From positions 6,436 to 70,435 of the forward strand of contig CAYLWL010000003.1 of assembly GCA_964387675.1 (NCBI GenBank): a stretch of DNA of 64,000 nucleotides, read 5' to 3'. This document shows positions 55,801 to 63,309 of this stretch, in pieces. Below the pieces are notes generated by a model. It was not told the origin of the DNA. It did no database searches and saw nothing but the letters and a program-made list of their open reading frames with translations. Both the position numbers and the translations under genes were made by a program. The stretch is from an uncultured Candidatus Saccharibacteria bacterium (GTDB lineage: Bacteria > Patescibacteriota > Minisyncoccia > UBA6257 > 2-01-FULL-56-20). Position 1 is the first letter of the stretch. Every line of letters starts with the position of its first letter.

Positions 55801-56435
55801 TCACCCTCTCGGCAACGACCCCCGGCTATGCGATGAAGATGACCGAGCCGGGCCAATCAATAGGTATTGCTATGGAATCGTCGGAGAACAAAGACCCCGA
55901 CGCTACGGTCCCGACGCAAGGATCGGGACAGGTCGGGACGGGCAAAATCCTCGCCTTCATCAATTTGACCTATTGGATACCGGATATATCTGCATCAACA
56001 TCCACCGATGCTTCCGCTTCCACCTCAACTGTTGCATCAACCGACTTCTCACTCGACGGCCTGATGAAATACATCGTGAACAAACTCAAAAATGTTCTGG
56101 AGATCGTCTTCGAGAAAGGACTCCTCAAGGTGGCGCATCTGATTACGGATCTTGTGGAGACGAAAAAGGTTGTGACGGAAGAAGTGGTGACCGAAAAACT
56201 GGAATTGAAAGACGCGGCAACGGGCGGGGTGTATTGCGTCAAGATGCTGAACGGTCAGTTGGCGAGCGTGTCGGGAGGATGCGGGTCAGACGCGCAATCT
56301 TCAACCTCGACGGCAGAATCCGATTCCACTTCCAGCTCTGCCACGAGTTCCGTTTCGGACTCCGACAATTCCGATTCTGCCGCAAGTTCAACCGATTCGA
56401 CGGCCGATACTAACAGCACTTCGACTGAGCCGTAA
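52848..56435 (+). CDS. Giant (~1195 aa) surface fibre-like protein with Ser/Thr-rich repeats and acidic Ser-rich C-terminus
   Basis: The start at MPRLRSLQLVYLASFLLSSFLFAPPLLAAP (signal peptide) is preferred over the upstream ATG at 52788. It has repeated ...LLTIASSTGINFFTIGPTGLASSTEFR... modules, motifs shared with the 50098 protein, and a C-terminus of SDSTSSSATSSVSDSD. Confidence 0.55.
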   Translation: MPRLRSLQLVYLASFLLSSFLFAPPLLAAPPSSPYTPGETLNPTCSPGDANCTVVAPPAGTGSAGLLTYWSASSTVSSSLSLFWDNPNIRLGIGTSQPSSTFHIIAGTTGATTLQLMGLPNQTGNLLTVGSSSGQRYFTISSLGLASSTEFRSPSSTIDTLFLTSASSTNLSLSGYGLFPTLLAQNAVGLGSLSTSTSLVFIQGTQVASTTLNLRGTTNQTANLLTIASSTGINFFTIGPTGLASSTEFRANSSTIASLYDFNGNKYATSSAFTAGVDTQLLFGQLGGGATSSIAFTITTSTSQLLFSGSNVSIAPVGTSTSLVFLQGSQITSTTLNIFGAAAQTASLLSISSSTGIPLFNINAIGQVAIATSTYPSSSTLLTIASSSQIFNISAGGNIMIGTSTSPNAALLQIATTTNIFTILSNGRVGIGTSTPGSALDVKGTLRLSGSASGYVGFAPAAAAGATTYTLPSADGSSGQVLTTDGSGTLSWTTKVEGTSQDFKGLSLRTHPNANIATTTVYLDHADEIVMDTGNRVATWDDLSADITVSGAGGLDTGSEAASTWYEIYAIRKSSDGTKNLLLHRAKDYFLDEDFSTGDDQSQGIRRTTNSVTSVAQQFEVDTSGLVEFVDVYLLRAGSVSGRLWAELYADSGGAPTGSALATSDKIDASLISTSAQWIRLPFRSPVTLSATPTIYHLVLTGDWTQSDTVTISWRADSTSPTYARGSFERKESGSWVEYSDIDVLFKIYVTRNDTSVTMPTGYDQKAKVGYVYNDSGSNFSPFVANDRRVTYQTTFNTGSITATIMTLTDVSSSLPPVAVSDVFGTAENSAVNDWLRILGVPDGYSANGYPISVPTANATVFAGGISTEYQALYFQVSSGTGIFRLRGYTWGSTGGADLAEEYLVDDESINAGDIVSLTSFGTNYVERAAASSSYPVLGIVSTKPGIVLKDWSYSPRNTRNVALTGRVPVKVTEENGPIKTGDRLTLSATTPGYAMKMTEPGQSIGIAMESSENKDPDATVPTQGSGQVGTGKILAFINLTYWIPDISASTSTDASASTSTVASTDFSLDGLMKYIVNKLKNVLEIVFEKGLLKVAHLITDLVETKKVVTEEVVTEKLELKDAATGGVYCVKMLNGQLASVSGGCGSDAQSSTSTAESDSTSSSATSSVSDSDNSDSAASSTDSTADTNSTSTEP

Positions 56436-56512
56436 GTGAAGGATTTTGTCCCTCCGCCACGGCTTTGCGCCGCGGCGGATTTGTTTTATTGTAGGTAGGT
56501 ATTTTCATTTGT

Positions 56513-57790
56513 ATGCATCGAGAAAACTTATATAAAAACCTCCCCGATTCTCCGGGCGTATATCTTATGAAGGATGCGTGCGGGGCCGTGATCTATGTCG
56601 GCAAGGCCGGAAATTTGAAAAGACGGGTATCGAGTTACTTCGCGAGAGCCCACGATTTGCGGATCGAGCGATTGGTAAACGAAATTAAAAAGATCGACTG
56701 TCAGAAAACGGACACCGCGCTCGAGGCCTTGATTTTAGAGTCCAAGCTCATCAAACGGCTTAACCCCAAGTTCAATGTCAAAGAAAAAGACGACAAAAGT
56801 TTTTTGTACGTCGCGATTACCAAAGAAAAGTTTCCGCGCGTGCTTTTGGCGAGAGGGTCAAGGGTCAAGAGTCAGGGGTCAAGAATTGATGATTGGTATG
56901 GACCCTTTACTTCGGCCGGCAGTATCCGCGAGGCATTGAAGATTTTGCGCCGGATTTTCCCGTGGAGCAACCACATAGTGACAAGGGACATGAGACAAGC
57001 GACAAGGGACGCCACCAAGCCATGTTTCGATTACGAGATCGGCCTTTGTCCGGGAACCTGCATCGGCGCGATAAGCAGCAAAGATTATTTGAAAAATATC
57101 AACCGGCTCAAATTGTTTTTTGCGGGCAAGAAGCTTCGGGTACTGGGGTCTTTGCAAAAGGAAATGAAAGCGGCGAGCAAGCGCCTGGAATTCGAGAAGG
57201 CCGAAAAACTCCGCCGCCAGATATTCGCCCTTCAACATATTCGCGACACGGCGCTGATTAATGAAGAGCCGTTTCCACATACTACCTACTACCTACCACA
57301 TACTTTTCGTATTGAGGGCTACGACATCTCCAACATCTCCGGCGCTTCCGCCGTCGGCGCGATGGTGGTGTTCAGGGGCGATCATCCGCGGAAAGACGAG
57401 TATCGGAAGTTCAAAATAAAAACAATCCACGGTTCTCATGATGTCGGCATGCTCCGCGAAGTTCTCGGGCGTCGATTTGGAAATTGGAAATTGGAAATTG
57501 GAAATTCGAAGAGATGGCCTCTGCCCGACCTCATTCTTGTCGACGGCGGCATTCCCCAGGTGAACGCCGCGCGATCGGTGCTTCGCGAATATGGCCTTGC
57601 CATCCCGATTGTGGGCATAGCCAAGGGGCCAACGAGAAAAAGGAATGACGTTATCGGGATTATTCCAGCGGGCATTAGTCGAAAAACGCTTATCCGCGTG
57701 CGTGACGAAGCGCACCGCTTCGCCATCGGTTATCACAAAAAACTCCGCGGCAGAGAATTCATTCCTCGAACTAACGAACGGTCACTTTGA
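56513..57790 (+). CDS. uvrC: Excinuclease ABC subunit C, short form lacking C-terminal (HhH)2 domain, with several repeat-derived in-frame insertions
   Basis: GIY-YIG (GVYLMKDACGAVIYVGKAGNLKRRVSSY), a UVR domain (LEFEKAEKLRRQIFALQHI), and an RNase H-like endonuclease region. Insertions are at 56850-56885, 56975-57015, 57278-57303 and 57479-57506. Confidence 0.8.
   Translation: MHRENLYKNLPDSPGVYLMKDACGAVIYVGKAGNLKRRVSSYFARAHDLRIERLVNEIKKIDCQKTDTALEALILESKLIKRLNPKFNVKEKDDKSFLYVAITKEKFPRVLLARGSRVKSQGSRIDDWYGPFTSAGSIREALKILRRIFPWSNHIVTRDMRQATRDATKPCFDYEIGLCPGTCIGAISSKDYLKNINRLKLFFAGKKLRVLGSLQKEMKAASKRLEFEKAEKLRRQIFALQHIRDTALINEEPFPHTTYYLPHTFRIEGYDISNISGASAVGAMVVFRGDHPRKDEYRKFKIKTIHGSHDVGMLREVLGRRFGNWKLEIGNSKRWPLPDLILVDGGIPQVNAARSVLREYGLAIPIVGIAKGPTRKRNDVIGIIPAGISRKTLIRVRDEAHRFAIGYHKKLRGREFIPRTNERSL
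57479..57506 (+). repeat. (GGAAATT)4 heptanucleotide tandem repeat inside uvrC coding sequence
   Basis: Read directly from the sequence. It encodes GNWKLEIGNS. The unit length is not a multiple of 3. Confidence 0.9.
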
Positions 57791-58571
57791 GCTTGAGAGA
57801 AGAATAGACGTCCGAGTAAAAGTCGTATATCCCCGGGAAAAGAGACGATGTGTCGAAGGTATACGATGCGCCCGGTTCTACCACGAACGGACTGTAGCTC
57901 CCGACAATGATTCGGTGCGTGACCGAGTCGTTGTTTATGAATGTGATGTTGTCTTTCTGCCGCACATTGAGCATGGAGGGCGAGAAAACGTAATTTTTGA
58001 TCGGGACAGTGTATTCTCCGATGGGGGCCTCGCTTTTATAGATGAGCGAGAACACGCCGCTCGATGCTTCCGGAATCTGGCTCCTGTCGAACTTGATTTT
58101 TATGATATAGTCGCCGTGCTCCACGTTTTTCTTTTGGGAGCCGTACCGGCTTACGGCAACATCTTGTCCGTTCCACGCGAATGACGTTTGGTGAGCGCCG
58201 GTTTCGGAATTGATCCATCCCGTGACCGACTTGTCGGATGCTTTTACGAGATAGATAGAGCCCGGCAAGCCGCTTTCTTTATTCCAGCTAATTGTATTCG
58301 TTTCTCCAATCACCCATTTTTCGGACACGGTTGGGGATACGAGAGAAACGGACTTCGACGTTTGCGGCGCGGGGGCGGGCGATTTGGGCGCGGGCGGCGT
58401 CGGCGCGGCGGCGGATGTCTGCGTTTGTTCCTGGGGAGCCGGCGGGTTTTGAGCGGCGGGGTATTCTTGCGAAGGCGCTTCTTTGGAGTATCGTGTCAAA
58501 AAACTGACCACGCCCAAAGCCAGTACCACTATAATGAGCACGAGCACGATGAGGGGTTTTGTCCTGAACAT
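57771..58571 (-). CDS. Membrane-anchored protein with Pro/Ala-rich linker and C-terminal cupredoxin-like beta domain
   Basis: TM LIVLVLIIVVLALGVVSFL, a linker PPAPQEQTQTSAAAPTPPAPKSPAPAPQ, and a C-terminal ~100 aa beta-rich region. Its 3' end overlaps the uvrC 3' end by 20 nt (convergent). Confidence 0.45.
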   Translation of the reverse strand: MFRTKPLIVLVLIIVVLALGVVSFLTRYSKEAPSQEYPAAQNPPAPQEQTQTSAAAPTPPAPKSPAPAPQTSKSVSLVSPTVSEKWVIGETNTISWNKESGLPGSIYLVKASDKSVTGWINSETGAHQTSFAWNGQDVAVSRYGSQKKNVEHGDYIIKIKFDRSQIPEASSGVFSLIYKSEAPIGEYTVPIKNYVFSPSMLNVRQKDNITFINNDSVTHRIIVGSYSPFVVEPGASYTFDTSSLFPGIYDFYSDVYSSLKLKVTVR

Positions 58572-58628
58572 GATTTCTATTATAACATAGCGAGCTCGCG
58601 GGTCTTTTTATTTTTCGCTATAATCTTT

Positions 58629-60350
58629 ATGATGCTCGCCGAAGAAATAAAAAACTTTTTGCACGGAGACGTCGCGGCGGATGACGCAACGCTCTCGGAT
58701 TACAGCCACGACTATTCAATTTTTAGGGTTAAGCCGAGTGTCGTTGTCTTTCCAAAGGATACTGATGATATAAAAAACTTAGTCGCTTTTGTTGCTAAAA
58801 AAGCAACAAGCGGCGAGAAAATGTCGCTCACGGGGCGTTCGGCCGGAACCGACATGACTGGCGGGCCACTCACGGAGTCCATCGTTGTCTCATTCACGAA
58901 ATACTTTAATCATATTAAGGAGATTAAGGAGTTGCCCTTCGACGCGGTTCGACCCGGCTCACCACAAGCGACTCAAAGTGATGGCGGCTACGCCATCATC
59001 GAGCCGGGCGTTTACTTCCGCGATTTTGAAAAAGAACTTTCGAAGAGGGGGTTGCTGTATCCTCCGTATCCCGCATCAAAAGACATTTGCGCATTGGGCG
59101 GTATGGTTTCCAACAATTCGGGCGGAGAAAAGACGTTGGCTTACGGGAAAACAGAGGATTATGTTGAAGAACTGAAAATGGTCTTAAGCGACGGAGAAGA
59201 GTATATTCTCAAGCCACTCTCCAAGCCGGAACTTGAAGCGAAGATTCGCGAGCAAACCTTCGAGGGAGGGTTGTATCGCGATCTCTATACATTGATAACT
59301 GATCACTATGCCCTCATCATGTCCGCCAAGCCCGACGTTTCCAAAAACTCCGCCGGTTACGCCCTGTGGAACGTATGGGACGGAAAAACATTCGACATAA
59401 CGAAATTGATAGTCGGTTCGCAGGGAACACTGGGACTCGTGACGGAGGCAAAGATCCGGCTCGTCAAGCCAAAAAAGTATTCACGGATGGCCGTTGTATT
59501 TCTGAAGGACTTTGGGCCGCTCGCCGAACTGATCGCGGAGATTTTGCAGTTTAAGCCGGAAGGCCTTGAGTCCTACGACGACAAAACATTGAGCGTCGCT
59601 TTGAAGTTTTTGCCGGGGATCATCAGGTCCATGGGCGGAAACTTTTTCAAGCTCATGTGGCAGTTTTTGCCGGAGATACTCATGGTGTTAAGGGGCGGTT
59701 TTCCTAAAATGGTGATGCTCGTTGAACTCACTTCCGACGATGAAACGGAGGTCAAGAATCGCCTTGCGGCCCTAAGGATTGCGTTGGGGAAATATAGAGT
59801 GCGGGTGCGGATATTGAAAAACCAGGATGAATCGAAGAAGTACTGGACCATCCGCCGGCAGAGTTTCAAGTTACTCCACGATCATTCCACGGGGAAAGAT
59901 ACGGCGCCGTTCATAGACGACATCATCGTGAAACCGGAATATCTGCCGGAGTTTTTGCCGAAACTCAACGCGATTTTGGACAAATACAAAAATGATTTGG
60001 TCTACACGATCGCGGGGCATCCCGGCAACGGCAATTTCCACATTATTCCGCTGATGAATTTGAAGAAACCCAACACCCGTTCTCTTATTGCCGAACTTTC
60101 CGACGAGGTGTATCGGCTTGTTTTTGCGTATAAGGGTTCGATGACGGCGGAGCACAATGACGGATTGATCCGAAGCCCGTACCTGGAAAAGATGTACGGC
60201 AAGGACGTGGTCAAGCTTTTCGAAGAAGTAAAAAAGATTTTCGACCCCCTGAACATCTTCAATCCCGGAAAAAAAGTTGGCGGGAGCTTGGAGTACAGCT
60301 TAGACCATCTTGCCGCGGCACAAACGAAGCCGCACCATGCTATAAGCTAA
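58629..60350 (+). CDS. FAD-linked oxidase (PCMH-type FAD-binding domain; GlcD/D-lactate dehydrogenase-like)
   Basis: VVVFPKDTDDIKNLVAFV...MSLTGRSAGTDMTGGPL FAD-binding motifs. The start is placed at the first ATG after the divergent gene. The ORF-track 5' extension is low-complexity and overlaps the minus-strand gene. Confidence 0.7.
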   Translation: MMLAEEIKNFLHGDVAADDATLSDYSHDYSIFRVKPSVVVFPKDTDDIKNLVAFVAKKATSGEKMSLTGRSAGTDMTGGPLTESIVVSFTKYFNHIKEIKELPFDAVRPGSPQATQSDGGYAIIEPGVYFRDFEKELSKRGLLYPPYPASKDICALGGMVSNNSGGEKTLAYGKTEDYVEELKMVLSDGEEYILKPLSKPELEAKIREQTFEGGLYRDLYTLITDHYALIMSAKPDVSKNSAGYALWNVWDGKTFDITKLIVGSQGTLGLVTEAKIRLVKPKKYSRMAVVFLKDFGPLAELIAEILQFKPEGLESYDDKTLSVALKFLPGIIRSMGGNFFKLMWQFLPEILMVLRGGFPKMVMLVELTSDDETEVKNRLAALRIALGKYRVRVRILKNQDESKKYWTIRRQSFKLLHDHSTGKDTAPFIDDIIVKPEYLPEFLPKLNAILDKYKNDLVYTIAGHPGNGNFHIIPLMNLKKPNTRSLIAELSDEVYRLVFAYKGSMTAEHNDGLIRSPYLEKMYGKDVVKLFEEVKKIFDPLNIFNPGKKVGGSLEYSLDHLAAAQTKPHHAIS

Positions 60351-60358
60351 AATTAAGA

Positions 60359-60380
60359 AGCGCGGTCCGAAGACCGCGCT
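60359..60380. terminator. Bidirectional terminator between convergent genes
   Basis: AGCGCGGTC-cgaa-GACCGCGCT. Confidence 0.5.
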
Positions 60381-60387
60381 GTGCGAG

Positions 60388-60696
60388 TTATCCGTAGATC
60401 AACTTGTAGGCCATGATCATGAGCCCAAGAAACAGAGTTATAGAATTGAAGCCAATGAGAACCCTATTTTTTATTCTCGCGCCGTACCACAGCCAGAGAA
60501 CTACGCCCACGCAAAAGATTGAAAACGTGGCAAGAGAGATGATTTCTGCCGGATTCGGACGGTTTTTCCAAACGGCTATCACTTGCGGAATAAAAGAGGT
60601 TGTCGTAAGAAGTCCGGCCAGAAGCCCGATGCGTTCGTCGCTTTTGTGATTGCTCACGCGGCACCTCGTTTTTGATCTTTGCAATGCTGGGTGCAA
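60388..60696 (-). CDS. SemiSWEET / PQ-loop family sugar transporter
   Basis: Three TM helices with a PQ motif (TSFIPQVIAVWKNR). Length is about 90-100 aa, typical of bacterial SemiSWEETs. Confidence 0.7.
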   Translation of the reverse strand: MHPALQRSKTRCRVSNHKSDERIGLLAGLLTTTSFIPQVIAVWKNRPNPAEIISLATFSIFCVGVVLWLWYGARIKNRVLIGFNSITLFLGLMIMAYKLIYG

Positions 60697-60830
60697 CTTA
60701 CCATTTTTTATCTAAAAAGTCAATTTTTCGCACGCAACTTGACCTCAATCTGAAAATGCACTAAGATAAAAAATAGGATTTAGGATTTGTAACGCAGGAG
60801 TAATAATCCTAGATTCTAGATTCTCGTCTC

Positions 60831-60983
60831 ATGGGCGGCGTACCGGTAAAACATCACTCAAAAGGAAAAGTAGGCCGGAGACGGTCTCATTTGGCGCTCA
60901 AAAAGCAGCGTCTTTTCGTTTGTGCAAACTGCGGCGGGCCAAAGGTGGCGCATCGGGTTTGCAGACAGTGCGGGAAGTCGTAG
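60831..60983 (+). CDS. rpmF: 50S ribosomal protein L32 (zinc-binding form); below the 60-aa ORF-track cutoff
   Basis: Manually translated: MGGVPVKHHSKGKVGRRRSHLALKKQRLFVCANCGGPKVAHRVCRQCGKS. It matches the bacterial L32 pattern RR.H.AL......C.NCG.PK..HRVC..CG. Confidence 0.8.
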   Translation: MGGVPVKHHSKGKVGRRRSHLALKKQRLFVCANCGGPKVAHRVCRQCGKS

Positions 60984-61392
60984 CAAAGAGCAAAGGGCCG
61001 AGGGCAAAGAGCATACAGCATGTTTAGATTTGAAAACTTAGAAATTTGGCGCTTGGGCGTTGATTATGGCAAAGATTGTTACAAAATTTCCTCATCTTTT
61101 CCCGGGCATGAAAGATTCGGGTTGGGTGACCAGCTTCGTCGAGCCGCTATCTCCATTTCCAACAATATCGCAGAAGGATCTGTTGGCTCCACGGCAAACT
61201 TTAAAAAATATCTCGTCACCGCATTGGGTTCAACTCTAGAAACTGTCAATATATTGAATTTTGCTTGCGAAGTTGGTTACATAACCGCCAATATTAAGGA
61301 AGAAATGTATGGTAGGGCAGAGTTGTTAATTAAGAAGTTAAGAGCGTTTTCTAAAGTTTTAAACCCTTAGCTCTTTGCTCTTCGCTCTTTGC
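60983..61392. mobile_element. Second inverted-repeat-bounded cassette carrying a four-helix-bundle gene, inserted with no spacer between rpmF and nusB
   Basis: Left arm GCAAAGAGCAAAGGGCCGAGGGCAAAGAGC (60983-61012). Right arm GCTCTTTGCTCTTCGCTCTTTGC (61370-61392) is its imperfect reverse complement. Solo arm copies at 11963-11995 and 13209-13232. Confidence 0.55.
61020..61370 (+). CDS. Four-helix-bundle protein (23S rRNA intervening-sequence protein family), second copy
   Basis: 116 aa. LEIWRLGVDYGKDCYKI..., ISNNIAEGS and GSTLETVNIL are paralogous to the protein at 2743-3114. Confidence 0.8.
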   Translation: MFRFENLEIWRLGVDYGKDCYKISSSFPGHERFGLGDQLRRAAISISNNIAEGSVGSTANFKKYLVTALGSTLETVNILNFACEVGYITANIKEEMYGRAELLIKKLRAFSKVLNP

Positions 61393-61400
61393 AAAATTTT

Positions 61401-61838
61401 ATGGCCACGCGGCATCTTATAAGAACAGTTATCCTCCAATCCCTCTATGAATGGGATTTTTACGCCCAAAAAAGAGATATTGTGGCGATTTTGGACAGAA
61501 ATCTTTCCGAATACGCCCCCGGGATCGACGAGCCGGAATTCGCCTGGAAGATTTTGAACGGCATCGCCGAGCGCATCAAGGACCTGGACAACGTCATCAC
61601 GAAAGCCGCTCCGGAGTGGCCGCTCGACAAAATCGCCGTTATCGACAGAAACATTTTGCGCATCGGCCTTTACGAACTTTTGTACGCCGATCCGAACGAA
61701 GTGCCTCCAAAAGTTGCCATCAACGAAGCGATAGAACTTGCCAAAAACTATGGCGGCCCGAACGCCGCGCGATTCATCAACGGAGTTTTGGGAACGATTT
61801 ATCGTGAACTCGAGGCAAGCAAAGGAATAACTAAGTGA
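61401..61838 (+). CDS. nusB: Transcription antitermination factor NusB
   Basis: [19 protein letters not shown]...[17 protein letters not shown]...[24 protein letters not shown]. Confidence 0.85.
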   Translation: MATRHLIRTVILQSLYEWDFYAQKRDIVAILDRNLSEYAPGIDEPEFAWKILNGIAERIKDLDNVITKAAPEWPLDKIAVIDRNILRIGLYELLYADPNEVPPKVAINEAIELAKNYGGPNAARFINGVLGTIYRELEASKGITK

Positions 61839-61914
61839 GATACCAATATACGAATTCATGCGAATGATACTAATCATACAAATTCGTATTATTTAGTATC
61901 ATATTCCTAATATC
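61839..61914. repeat. Family G element, copy 5 (diverged)
   Basis: GATACCAATATACGAATTCATGCGAATGATACTAATCATACAAATTCGTATTATTTAGTATCAT. Confidence 0.6.
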
Positions 61915-62604
61915 ATGCAACCAAAACCAGACAACCTTGAGGAAAAAGTCGGGGTAAAATTCAAGAATCCCGATTTGTTGATCGAGGCCCTCACGCACCG
62001 CTCGTATCTCAACGAATATCCGAAGTGGCGCCTGCCGCATAATGAACGCCTTGAGTATCTGGGCGACGCGGTTTTGGAACTCATGGTCACCGAAGAACTA
62101 TTCTCCCGATTCCCGAGTTATCCGGAGGGACAGCTTACCGTTTTGAGGGCGGCGCTCGTGAATTATCAAACGCTGTCTAAAATCGCCGAAGAAATAAAAC
62201 TGCAAAGTTTTATTTTGCTTTCGCGGGGAGAAAAGAAAGATATGGGCAAGGCGCGAGAGGTGATTCTCGCGAACGCGATGGAGGCGGTCATCGGGGCGAT
62301 GTATCTCGACCATGGTTTTGAGCCGACCAGGAAGTTCGTTAAAAAGTTCGTTATGGCGCGCCTCGACGAAATTATGAAGACCAAAAGCTATAAAGACGCG
62401 AAGAGCGAGCTTCAGGAGATAGTGCAGGAACGATTGAAAGTTACGCCGACGTATAAGGTCTTGGAAGAGTCCGGGCCGGCTCATAAGCGAGTTTTCAAAA
62501 TCGGGGTTTATTTCGGAGAAAAACTCATTGCTTCCGGCTCTGGCGCCTCAAAGCAAGACGGCGAGATCGAAGCGGCGAAGGAGGCAGTGAAGAGGTATAG
62601 ATAG
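61915..62604 (+). CDS. rnc: Ribonuclease III
   Basis: ALTHRSYLNE, the ERLEYLGDAVLEL signature, and a C-terminal dsRBD. Confidence 0.9.
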   Translation: MQPKPDNLEEKVGVKFKNPDLLIEALTHRSYLNEYPKWRLPHNERLEYLGDAVLELMVTEELFSRFPSYPEGQLTVLRAALVNYQTLSKIAEEIKLQSFILLSRGEKKDMGKAREVILANAMEAVIGAMYLDHGFEPTRKFVKKFVMARLDEIMKTKSYKDAKSELQEIVQERLKVTPTYKVLEESGPAHKRVFKIGVYFGEKLIASGSGASKQDGEIEAAKEAVKRYR

Positions 62605-62691
62605 AGAGTAGAAATGAGATATGAGAAATGAGGGTTTTTGAATCCTTATCTCCGACTTTGACCACGACTGGTTTATGAGTATAATGTAGGT

Positions 62692-62880
62692 ATGCTCGCA
62701 AGTTCCAAGCAAAATTTAATAGTTCCGTTGTCTGTCACGTTACCCCAAATCGCGGACGCCTTGCGGAAACTCTCGAAAAGCGATCTCGAGACCCTTGAGG
62801 TTCTTCTTGACAAGCGCGCGATGTCCGCACTTCAAAAAAGCGTGCGGGAATCAAATCGTGGAAAGCGGAGAGAGTTATAG
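62692..62880 (+). CDS. Putative antitoxin (partner of RelE/ParE toxin)
   Basis: 62-aa ORF ending 2 nt before the toxin start. The assignment rests only on its position. Confidence 0.35.
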   Translation: MLASSKQNLIVPLSVTLPQIADALRKLSKSDLETLEVLLDKRAMSALQKSVRESNRGKRREL

Positions 62881-62882
62881 CC

Positions 62883-63179
62883 ATGAAGCAATGGAGGGTT
62901 TTTATCACGCCCACAGCCGAAAAGTTGGCGAAAAATCTTGAACCTAAAGCGAAGCATTTCATTCTCAACGAATTCCCGGATATCGTAAGAAAAAATCCGT
63001 TGGCTGGCGATAAGCTCTCCGGGCCACTTTCGTGGCTACGGAGTTTTCATTTTTCAAGTGAGGGAAAACCTTATAGAATTGCATATAGTGTCAACCTAGA
63101 AGAATCAGAAATAGTCGTTCACTATATGGGGTATCGGGGAAAGTTTTATGAAAAACTACGGAGGCATTTTGGTCGCTAG
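62883..63179 (+). CDS. RelE/ParE-family type II toxin
   Basis: 98 aa. The FHFSSEGKPYRIAYSVNLEESEIVVHYMGYRGK pattern matches the RelE/ParE core. Confidence 0.55.
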   Translation: MKQWRVFITPTAEKLAKNLEPKAKHFILNEFPDIVRKNPLAGDKLSGPLSWLRSFHFSSEGKPYRIAYSVNLEESEIVVHYMGYRGKFYEKLRRHFGR

Positions 63180-63309
63180 TAATTTTATGGGCGGCTCCGG
63201 CGCGTCAAAACAGGAAATGGAAATCGAAAATTACGAGTAATGGCTCATTATGCGAAGCGTCCCAAAAGGTTTAGAAATTAGATATTAGTAATTAGAAATT
63301 TCGCAAGAT

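Noticed and set aside
50098-56435. Prophage interpretation of the fibre cluster because of the peptidase-S74 chaperone domain
   Set aside because: No integrase, terminase, portal, capsid or tail-tube genes are in the window. The flanks are core genes (rseP, FtsH-like, uvrC). S74-domain fibres are also found in cellular surface proteins.
57479-57506. Possible CRISPR-like array suggested by short tandem repeats (GGAAATT x4, TGACAC arrays, CAAAGAG x3, GA x10)
   Set aside because: The units are 2-8 nt and contiguous without spacers. There is no 25-40-bp repeat/spacer periodicity and no cas genes in the window.
58188-58628. 5' extension of the FAD-linked oxidase ORF giving a 720-aa product
   Set aside because: The extension overlaps the minus-strand membrane-protein gene (57771-58571) and is extreme low complexity (RRLRRGGGRFGRGRRRRGGG). 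The conserved FAD-binding domain begins right after the ATG at 58629.
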